64,000 bases of DNA, from assembly GCA_963662795.1 (NCBI GenBank), contig OY759746.1, positions 1,728,001 through 1,792,000 on the forward strand, given 5' to 3'. The stretch comes from Spirochaetia bacterium (GTDB taxonomy: Bacteria > Spirochaetota > Spirochaetia > CADAEX01). Positions 56,659 through 64,000 of the stretch are shown here, one piece after another. The position numbers and the translations under genes are program-made. Every line of letters begins with the position of its first letter. The first letter of the stretch is position 1. The notes below the pieces were generated by a model. That model had not been told where the DNA came from. It was given only the letters and a program-made list of their open reading frames with translations, and ran no database searches.

Positions 56659-58860
56659 ATGAGTGACGATTTGTTGAATGTCCTTGACCTGTCAAAAATG
56701 ACAGAACAGGAAAAAAAAGAAGCTCTTGAAATTGAAGCAAGGGCCAAAGAGCTTGAAAGAAAAACTTCCGGGCACAGGGATTTTGATGTACTTGCCGCAA
56801 AAATCCTTGTAGCTGTTGCAGCACTGTACGGGGTATTCCATCTTTATACGGTTTTTGTACCTTACACCGCATTGAAGCAGCGTTCCATCCACCTTGCATT
56901 CGCAATTGTAATTTGCTTAATGAAATTTGCGGCAAACAAGAACCAGGGATCGGCAAAAGAGCCGTATCTGCCTTATGCTTTTCTGGGGATTGGATTCTGG
57001 ACATCTTTTTTCCTCACAATGGATAAACTGAAAATGAATTCCACATTGATCGCAGTAGTCTCATTTTTTGTGATTTTCGGTCTGCTGTTTTATTCCAGAT
57101 ATCTTACCCTCATCTGGAGGAAAAAAACAGGAAAAGCCTATGAAACAACAGTAATCTGGTATGACTATGTGTTTATGGCATTCGGTATTATGGGTTGTGC
57201 CTATATTGCAATTTTTTCTGATAATATAATGGAGAGGGCAGGTATAGTAACACTTTTTGACCAGATAGCAGGATTCATGCTTATTATTGTGGTTCTTGAA
57301 ACTACAAGAAGATCAATTGGACATACCCTAATGATTATAGGAATCCTGATGCTTGTCTACAGCCGGTTCGGGTTTCTTTTTCCGGGAGTTTTCTGGCATC
57401 CCGGTTTTCAGGTTTCAATGATCATAAGGCACTTTATTCTCACCGATGCCGGACTCTGGTCTACTCCTCTCGGCGTATCAGCCAGTTATATTGCCCTGTT
57501 TCTTCTCCTCGGTTCCGCACTGCATGTCTCAGGACTTGCTGAAGTCCTTCTGACAATCGCAAAAGGGGTATTCGGGCATATGGTCGGAGGACCCGCAAAA
57601 ATGGCTGTTGTTGCAAGCAGCATGTTTGCCACAATCAGCGGTTCATCAACTTCAAATGTAGCGACAACAGGTATTGTAACAATACCGCTTATGAAAAGGA
57701 CAGGTATTCCGGCTCATCTTGCAGGAGCGACAGAAGCCGCCGCTTCAATGGGCGGACAGATTACACCTCCTGTTATGGGCGCTGTGGCATTTATAATGGC
57801 AGAGTTTCTCGGTGTAAGCTATCTGGAAGTTGCCACCGCGGCAGCTCTTCCTGCCCTTCTTTACTACACTTCAGTATTTTCAATGATTCATTTTGAATCG
57901 CACAGGATAGGGGCAATAGGGCTTAAAAAGAGCGAGATTCCTCCCTGGAAAAGGGAAGCTGTAATGAGAGGGTATCTGTTTCTCCCTGTTGTTTCTCTTG
58001 TTTATATGCTGATAGACGGATATACACCGATGATGGCATCTTTCTGGTCTTTTATACTCTGTCTTATTCTTGCCATGTTCAGAAAAGAAACAAGAATTAC
58101 TCCTAAAAAATTCATAACAGTTCTAAGCAACGCAGGCCAGACACTTACCGTTGTCGCGATTCCTTCAGCAATTGCAGGCTTTGTTGTAGGGACTGCGACA
58201 CTTACAGGCCTTACCCCGAGAATATCGGCATTCCTTGCTGTCCTGGCACAGGATAACCTTCTTCTCACACTTCTCATTACAATGGTAATGTGTCTTATCC
58301 TCGGCATGGGTGTCCCGACAGTTGCCAACTACATCCTTATGACAATACTTACTGTTCCGATAATGATCCGGGCAGGGGTTGAACCTATGGCAGCACACCT
58401 TTTCTGCTTCCACTTCGGAATAATGTCAGAGCTGACGCCACCGGTTGCGATTACATCCTACACAGCTTCGGCGATTGCAGGGGCGAAATTCTGGCCTACA
58501 GCATTTGCCGCGGTACGGCTTGCTGCTGTAGCATATATTGTTCCTTTTATTTTTGTATACAACACAAAACTGCTCCTCGGTCAGCATCCATTTGAATTGA
58601 TGACAATTGTAACGATAATTACAGCAATATTCGGCTCAGTAATATTCGGCTCAGTAATGGCCGGATACATGAAGAGGAAACTGTATCTTGTTGAAAGGGT
58701 TGTCCTTGCCCTGGGCGCCGTACTAATGATAAGGCCGAAACTTGGCCCGACTCTTCTTGGTATAGCGGTATTCGGAGGAGTTTTTGCTTTCCAGTTTATT
58801 TTCAGTAAACAGCCAAAAAGTTATGTTGTTCCGGAAACAATGAAAAAACGGGTTTCGTAA
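56659..58860 (+). CDS. TAXI-type TRAP transporter fused 4TM/12TM permease, copy 2
   Basis: Same motifs as copy 1, with long identical peptide stretches (e.g. GFLFPGVFWHPGFQVSMIIRHFILTD). Confidence 0.93.
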   Translation: MSDDLLNVLDLSKMTEQEKKEALEIEARAKELERKTSGHRDFDVLAAKILVAVAALYGVFHLYTVFVPYTALKQRSIHLAFAIVICLMKFAANKNQGSAKEPYLPYAFLGIGFWTSFFLTMDKLKMNSTLIAVVSFFVIFGLLFYSRYLTLIWRKKTGKAYETTVIWYDYVFMAFGIMGCAYIAIFSDNIMERAGIVTLFDQIAGFMLIIVVLETTRRSIGHTLMIIGILMLVYSRFGFLFPGVFWHPGFQVSMIIRHFILTDAGLWSTPLGVSASYIALFLLLGSALHVSGLAEVLLTIAKGVFGHMVGGPAKMAVVASSMFATISGSSTSNVATTGIVTIPLMKRTGIPAHLAGATEAAASMGGQITPPVMGAVAFIMAEFLGVSYLEVATAAALPALLYYTSVFSMIHFESHRIGAIGLKKSEIPPWKREAVMRGYLFLPVVSLVYMLIDGYTPMMASFWSFILCLILAMFRKETRITPKKFITVLSNAGQTLTVVAIPSAIAGFVVGTATLTGLTPRISAFLAVLAQDNLLLTLLITMVMCLILGMGVPTVANYILMTILTVPIMIRAGVEPMAAHLFCFHFGIMSELTPPVAITSYTASAIAGAKFWPTAFAAVRLAAVAYIVPFIFVYNTKLLLGQHPFELMTIVTIITAIFGSVIFGSVMAGYMKRKLYLVERVVLALGAVLMIRPKLGPTLLGIAVFGGVFAFQFIFSKQPKSYVVPETMKKRVS

Positions 58861-58891
58861 TATCCTGTAACTAAAAAAAGGCTGAATCCTG

Positions 58892-58950
58892 TGAACTGAC
58901 CCCCATGAAGCAGAACTTTATGGGGGTATTTTTATGGGGAAAAATCAGAA
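58892..58950 (+). mobile_element. Putative IS3-family left-end remnant
   Basis: TGAACTGACCCCCAT...ATGGGGGTATTTTTATG resembles IS3/IS150-type termini (5'-TG end, internal inverted repeat, orfA ATG). No transposase follows. Confidence 0.4.
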
Positions 58951-59000
58951 GGGGTAGAGCCTTTTTATCAGCCTGCATAAACAATGTATAAATGAAATTT

Positions 59001-59294
59001 TTACGGTTTAAACCCCGGTATTTTGATTTCCACGTCACTTTTTACATAAGTCTGGCAGGCAAGGCGCTGGTTTGCACCTGCTTTTATTGCATCAAGACGG
59101 CCTTTTTCTTTTTCAGATACGGCAGAGAGGTTTTCCATTCCTGAAATAATTGTAATCCTGCATGTTCCGCACACGGCTTTCCCTCCGCAGAGGTGGTTTA
59201 TCCTTATCCCTTCCCTTAAAAGTATGTTCAGTATTGATACTGAAGGGGATGCATTAATAGATTGTCCGGAATTTGCGATTTTTATTACCGGCAT
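59001..59294 (-). CDS. [2Fe-2S] ferredoxin (adrenodoxin/plant-type)
   Basis: CGGKAVCGTC...RLACQ; overlaps the purQ stop. Confidence 0.88.
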   Translation of the reverse strand: MPVIKIANSGQSINASPSVSILNILLREGIRINHLCGGKAVCGTCRITIISGMENLSAVSEKEKGRLDAIKAGANQRLACQTYVKSDVEIKIPGFKP

Positions 59295-60055
59295 AGGCTG
59301 TTTTTGACGTATTGCACACCGTTTTTAAATATTTCAAGACCCGAGCCATCCGTTATATTGCCGGATGCCCACCCGGGGTGGTTTTCCCTGCAGAGGAACG
59401 CTTCAGGGTGAGGCATAAGGCCCAGGATCCTGCCTGTCCTGTCTGTAAGGCCTGCGATATTGTTTACCGAACCGTTGGGGTTTCTGTCAAGATATCTTAC
59501 AGCTGCGAGATTTTCTCTTTCAATTTTATCAAGGACCTCTTCCGTTGCAGTAATAAAACGCCCTTCCCCGTGCCTGATGGGAACGTCCATTTCATCAAGC
59601 CCTTTCGTCCAGACGCAGGGTGAATTGCCGTTGAAAGAGACTGTAAGCCAGCTGTTTTCAAAAAGGCCGGTATTGTTATGGATTAGTGATACATCAGGGC
59701 TCCAGTCCCCTTCAAAATCAGGCAGCACTCCCATTTTTACAAGTACCTGGAAGCCGTTGCAGATACCGATTATAAGTTTTCCTCCATCAATAAAGGATTT
59801 CAGTTCACTCATCAGATGTTTTTTAAAAAGATGGGCAAATACAAGCCCGGAACCTATGTGGTCTCCGAAAGAAAAACCGCCGGGAAACGCCAGTATATGA
59901 AAATCTTTCAGACGGGAGGGGTTTTCTATCAAATCCTGAATATGAATTCTTTCTGCCTCTGACCCCGCAAGGATGAACGCTCTTTCAAGTTCCCTGTCCG
60001 CGTTTATGCCGTATCCTGTAATTACTGCAGTTTTTACTGTTTCCGCATTGCTCAT
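59285..60055 (-). CDS. purQ: Phosphoribosylformylglycinamidine synthase glutaminase subunit
   Basis: G.N...E, PGGFSFGD, GICNGFQ, HGEGRF, NPNGS and MPHPE motifs. Confidence 0.96.
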   Translation of the reverse strand: MSNAETVKTAVITGYGINADRELERAFILAGSEAERIHIQDLIENPSRLKDFHILAFPGGFSFGDHIGSGLVFAHLFKKHLMSELKSFIDGGKLIIGICNGFQVLVKMGVLPDFEGDWSPDVSLIHNNTGLFENSWLTVSFNGNSPCVWTKGLDEMDVPIRHGEGRFITATEEVLDKIERENLAAVRYLDRNPNGSVNNIAGLTDRTGRILGLMPHPEAFLCRENHPGWASGNITDGSGLEIFKNGVQYVKNSLCR

Positions 60056-63039
60056 TCGAAATCCTCTCTTTTCCAGGCTGCAGATATTTCACTTATCGTT
60101 ATGTCTACAGCATAACTTCCGTTCCTCTTTATTCTTAAGGAAGGGGTCTTTGTTGTTGTTCCGATCCTCTGCACAGGGAAATCCTTCATTATTGAATCAA
60201 ACCTGTCTGTCTCGTTTCTCCCGATTCCCGCAATAAACCTTGAAGGAGTTTCGCAGAACAGGATGCGCCCTGTTTCCATTTTATAAGTTGTCCCCGGGAG
60301 TATGTCGAGTGAAATATCAGCCCCGAGTCTTCCACCGAGGCATGATTCCGCAATTGCGACGGCAAGACCGCCGTCAGAGATATCGTGGCACGACTTTACA
60401 AGTCCGTTTGAAATTGCCTCATGAAGTTTTTTATAAAGCTTTACCGCTTTTTCAGTGTCTGCAGCCGGCGCGCCTCCGAGGTTTTTTCCATATAATTTTT
60501 CAAAATATGTTCCGCCAAGTTCACCATGAGTATTTCCTATAATATATACCGCATCACCTTCTTCCTTGAAATCGGTAGTAACTGCTTTTTCTATATTGTC
60601 TATGATTCCTATCAATGAAATAAGGAGGGTCGGCCTGACTGATACCTTTTTCCCGCCGATTACAGCATCGTTTTTCATTGAATCCTTGCCTGAAATAAGC
60701 GGAAGGTCATAATCCATGCTTGCCTTGTAAAGTCCTTTACAGGCCCTTACGAGCTGGGCAAGTTTATATGCTCCGTCAGGGGCTGCCTCCGATTCTACAG
60801 GATCGGGCCAGCAGAAATTATCAAGTATTGCCGCATGATCCGGATTGCCGCCCGATGCGATATGAGCCCTGTATGCTTCGTCTACTGCGCAGAGCGCCAT
60901 ATTGTATGTATCCCTGTCTCCATAGCGGGGGCATATCCCGTGTGTTACTGTAATTCCCCTGTTTGAATCAAATACAGGTTTTAATACAGCGCTGTCTGAA
61001 GGAGCGTCCGAGTCTCTCCCCGTGAACGGTTTTACAATTGATATACCGCCGACCTCATGATCATACTGCCTTACCAGCGGTTCTTTTGACGCAATATTGG
61101 GCTCATTAAGGAGTTTTTTCAGCATACCGGTGAAATCATGTTCATCAATTACTGAACTTTCCGCAGGAGGCCTTATCCACACTGCTTTAAGCTTCATTTC
61201 AGGAAGCCCCCTGTGCAGAAAATCCATTGAGAGCAGGCCTGCCTTTTTATCCCCGTATCTGATATCGATAAATCCTGTTGAGGTAAACTCGCCGACTACA
61301 GATGTCTCTACACCCCGTCTTTCGGCAAGGGCTGTGAATGCTTCAAGTTTCTCCGGTTTTACCGCAATGCTCATTCTTTCCTGGGATTCAGATACAAGTA
61401 TTTCCCAGGGCGCAAGTCCTGAATATTTTAACGGGCATTTGTGAAGATCGATCCTGATGCCGCCTGAATACTCAGCCATCTCTCCAAGTGAAGAGGAAAG
61501 GCCTCCCGCCCCGTTGTCCGTTATACCGTAATAAAGCCCCGCATCCCGTGCCTCCAGGAGAAAATCGCACATCTTTTTCTGGGTGATGGGATCGCCTATC
61601 TGGACAGCGGATGAGGGAGATTCCTCGTCAAGCGCTTTTGAGGAGAAGGTCGCTCCGTGGATCCCGTCTTTGCCAATCCTCCCCCCTGCCATTACGGCAA
61701 GATCTCCGGGATTTATATGTTTTATCCAGCTTCCTTCGCCGTTTATTTCCCTTGGGAGAATCCCCCCTGTGCCGCAGAACACGAGCGGTTTGCCCGTAAA
61801 GCTTTCATCAAAGAGGAATGCCCCTGCCACAGTTGGAATGCCGGACTGGTTTCCGCCGTCAATTATTCCGTGATGGACCCCTTTCATAACTGTTTTCGGG
61901 TGCAGGAGCCCTTCCGGTATGTCTTCCTCCGGAGTATCGGGCTCCCCGAAGCAGAGAACATTTGTATTGAAGAAAGGGCGGGCCCCTTTTCCTGTCCCCA
62001 TGATATCCCTGTTTACCCCTACAATTCCTGTTATGGAACCGCCGTAAGGGTCGAGGGCGGACGGGGAGTTATGGGTTTCAACCTTGAAACAGACAAGGTT
62101 TTCATCGTCAAAATCAATTACACCGGAATTATCGTGGAAAACTGATTTAAGGAAACCTTTTTTTTTCGATATTTCTTCCGTAGATTTTTTAATGCAGCCT
62201 GAAAAAAGCGACCTGATTGTTTCTTCAGTTCCTGTTTCTGTATCCTTATATTCAATAGTAGCGTTGAAAATCTTATGCTTGCAGTGTTCGCTCCATGTCT
62301 GGGCAATCATCTCAAGCTCGACATCTGTCGGGTCGCTGCCAAGTCCCGCTTCTTTCCTGAGTTTTATTGTACTGCTGTCTGCAAAATAGTTTCTTACCGA
62401 TTCCATCTCTTCTGTTGAAAGGGCAAGCAGCCTTTCTTTCGAAATTTTATCAAGAGCACTCTTTTCCAGTGATGCAAGATGGATTTTCTCAACTGATACA
62501 GGACTCTCCGCAACCTTGTGGGGGTATATTGAAGGAAGAGGATTTTTCTTAAGGGCAGAGATTCCTCCCTCCCTGAACTCTTCCTGCTGGACAAGCGGAT
62601 TGTAAAATATTTTTTTTAATTTTTCCTGGAGTTCTTTTTCAAGCGGAGGGGAATATACAAGATACTGAACCGCACTCTGAAAGACAGCTCCCGATTCCTT
62701 TGAGATAGTACTGCCAAGCGCTGTCTCTATTGTGTTTTTTGCGGTAATGGCAACAGGATTTGTAACTCCCGGCCTGTAGGTAATTTCAACAAGATAGTTC
62801 CAGCCTGAAAGTTCTTCGGATTCTGCGGCGCATCTGTCTGTCAGTGCTTTCTGAGCGACAGGGTCTGAAAATAATTCTTCAGAAAGGGATGATGTAAGCC
62901 GGTCGATTCCTTCTGCAATATAAACATCAATTATTGAAATGTTTTCTATGGACAGGGAAACAGACTGTCTTACCTGTTTTAAAAGCCTTTTGGCCCTCCC
63001 GTCAAGCTGCGGGTTTTTATAAAATACTTCTGTTCTCAT
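60052..63039 (-). CDS. purL: Phosphoribosylformylglycinamidine synthase synthetase subunit with N-terminal PurS-like extension
   Basis: QTWSEHCKHK, KVETHNSPS, DNGAGG, SESQERM, QYDHEV, SGKDSMKN and HDISDGG. The ORF opens at 63078, but promoter geometry favours ATG 63039. Confidence 0.95.
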   Translation of the reverse strand: MRTEVFYKNPQLDGRAKRLLKQVRQSVSLSIENISIIDVYIAEGIDRLTSSLSEELFSDPVAQKALTDRCAAESEELSGWNYLVEITYRPGVTNPVAITAKNTIETALGSTISKESGAVFQSAVQYLVYSPPLEKELQEKLKKIFYNPLVQQEEFREGGISALKKNPLPSIYPHKVAESPVSVEKIHLASLEKSALDKISKERLLALSTEEMESVRNYFADSSTIKLRKEAGLGSDPTDVELEMIAQTWSEHCKHKIFNATIEYKDTETGTEETIRSLFSGCIKKSTEEISKKKGFLKSVFHDNSGVIDFDDENLVCFKVETHNSPSALDPYGGSITGIVGVNRDIMGTGKGARPFFNTNVLCFGEPDTPEEDIPEGLLHPKTVMKGVHHGIIDGGNQSGIPTVAGAFLFDESFTGKPLVFCGTGGILPREINGEGSWIKHINPGDLAVMAGGRIGKDGIHGATFSSKALDEESPSSAVQIGDPITQKKMCDFLLEARDAGLYYGITDNGAGGLSSSLGEMAEYSGGIRIDLHKCPLKYSGLAPWEILVSESQERMSIAVKPEKLEAFTALAERRGVETSVVGEFTSTGFIDIRYGDKKAGLLSMDFLHRGLPEMKLKAVWIRPPAESSVIDEHDFTGMLKKLLNEPNIASKEPLVRQYDHEVGGISIVKPFTGRDSDAPSDSAVLKPVFDSNRGITVTHGICPRYGDRDTYNMALCAVDEAYRAHIASGGNPDHAAILDNFCWPDPVESEAAPDGAYKLAQLVRACKGLYKASMDYDLPLISGKDSMKNDAVIGGKKVSVRPTLLISLIGIIDNIEKAVTTDFKEEGDAVYIIGNTHGELGGTYFEKLYGKNLGGAPAADTEKAVKLYKKLHEAISNGLVKSCHDISDGGLAVAIAESCLGGRLGADISLDILPGTTYKMETGRILFCETPSRFIAGIGRNETDRFDSIMKDFPVQRIGTTTKTPSLRIKRNGSYAVDITISEISAAWKREDFE

Positions 63040-63172
63040 GATTGGGGGTAATTTATCAGATATGCTTTTCATACTCAATATTTACTGCCCGCTTAGAAGT
63101 AAATTAAGGCAAAGAGATGTAATAATGGGCGGTTGAGGGTGATGATTTTTCCATTTTCCTCCGCATATAAAT

Positions 63173-63198
63173 AAAACAGCCGTTTTTTAAGCGGCTGC
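63173..63198 (-). terminator. Terminator downstream of lysA (distal repeat copy)
   Basis: CAGCCG/CGGCTG stem with an adjacent A-run, which is a U-tract on the minus strand. Confidence 0.55.
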
Positions 63199-63378
63199 AT
63201 ACAGAAGGGGCATGTTAACTGATACTGTCAGAACTTTAGAGTGGAGAAATAATCTTCTACTGTTTCAGCCCTTCTTCGCCGCCGTTTTTTAAGCGGCTGC
63301 ATACAGAAGGGGCATGTTAACTGATACTGTCAGAACTTTAGAGTGGAGAAATAATCTTCTGCTGTTTCAGCCCTTCTT
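63179..63378. repeat. 98-bp tandem duplication of the lysA 3' end plus hairpin
   Basis: 63179-63276 and 63281-63378 are identical except for one base (A/G) and are separated by CGCC. Confidence 0.9.
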
Positions 63379-64000
63379 ATCAGTTTTGCGGAGCCGTCTG
63401 CTTCCAGAAGCAGCTCTGCCGACCTCAGTTTGCCGTTATAGTTGAATCCCATGGCATAACCGTGGGCTCCTGTATCGTGGATCACTATGGTGTTGCCCGG
63501 TTTTGTTTCAGGCATTTCCCTGTTAATCGCGAATTTATCATTATTCTCGCAGAGCGAACCTGTTACATCATATGTGTGATCACTCTTTCCTTCCGGATTG
63601 TTCATGTTTGTGATGTGGTGGTATGCGCCGTAAAGGGCGGGCCTCATCAGGTTTGCCATACAGGCATCAAGGCCTATATAGTTCTTGTATGTATTTTTTG
63701 TGTGGATTGCCTTTGTAACAAGATATCCGTAGGGGCCGGTTACCACCCTTCCGCATTCCATTACAATCCTGAGTGGATCGAGGGAGTTTTCCCTGATTTT
63801 CTTTTCGTAGGCCTTTTTTATCCCCTCAGATACATATTCAAGATCAACAGCCTTCTGTTCCGGCTTGTAAGGAATACCTATTCCGCCGCCGAGGTTTACA
63901 AACTCGAATTTTATTCCAAGCTTTTTTGAAATCTCTACAACAAGGTCGAAAAGAATTTCAGCTGTTTCAATAAAATAATCAGGATTCAGTTCGTTTGACG
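63330..64000 (-). CDS. lysA: Diaminopimelate decarboxylase (5' truncated by window edge)
   Basis: Frame is open to the window edge: FVNLGGGIGIPY, ECGR, RPALYGAYH, GSLCENND and GAHGYAMGFNYN. Confidence 0.93.
   Translation of the reverse strand, partial: SNELNPDYFIETAEILFDLVVEISKKLGIKFEFVNLGGGIGIPYKPEQKAVDLEYVSEGIKKAYEKKIRENSLDPLRIVMECGRVVTGPYGYLVTKAIHTKNTYKNYIGLDACMANLMRPALYGAYHHITNMNNPEGKSDHTYDVTGSLCENNDKFAINREMPETKPGNTIVIHDTGAHGYAMGFNYNGKLRSAELLLEADGSAKLIRRAETAEDYFSTLKF

Noticed and set aside
63080-63140. Purine or ZTP riboswitch upstream of purL
   Set aside because: No consensus motifs seen, and the predicted promoter lies downstream of this segment.
63179-63378. Diversity-generating retroelement TR/VR pair
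   Set aside because: Only one mismatch, it is not at an adenine on the coding strand, no reverse transcriptase is in the window, and the target is a housekeeping gene.
267-63929. Numerous short antisense or alternate-frame ORFs in the ORF track
   Set aside because: They overlap well-supported genes and show no motifs or translation signals; treated as shadow ORFs.

Overview
A 64-kb bacterial chromosomal segment, probably from an anaerobic spirochaete-like organism (inferred from signal peptides ending in FAGGKKE and a short lipoprotein with an FVAC lipobox). It holds mostly metabolic genes. (1) 1-14015: a catabolic cluster of unknown substrate (LivM/LivH-type permeases, two Zn-dehydrogenases, FadR regulator, Tm-1-like protein, DHDPS-family aldolase, creatininase-family hydrolase, SDR, 2-hydroxyacid dehydrogenase) ending in a NuoE/NuoF/GltD-domain, Stn/Bfu-type electron-bifurcating complex. 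(2) 14123-26685: an AT-rich LacI-controlled catabolic island with clear operators (HpcH and RraA aldolases, class III aminotransferase, DhaKL, Fe-ADH, NMT1/THI5 ABC transporter, frameshifted YhcH). (3) About 28000-41800: a GlpP locus in which four copies of a conserved 'GGC..GA..GAGAGCC + terminator' RNA leader precede the glycerol-3-phosphate dehydrogenase operon, a PotABCD-like ABC transporter, and a DHH phosphoesterase plus an atypical mevalonate-kinase-like GHMP kinase. This is the most promising candidate for an undescribed system. (4) Amino-acid transport genes, aspS, a phnW-like gene beside a TAXI-TRAP transporter with a duplicated promoter and permease, an IS3-like end remnant, purQ/purL and a partial lysA with a 98-bp duplicated 3' end. 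Several genes appear to be transcribed as leaderless mRNAs. No rRNA, tRNA, CRISPR array or intact mobile element was seen. All assignments come from motif recognition by eye; no searches were run.
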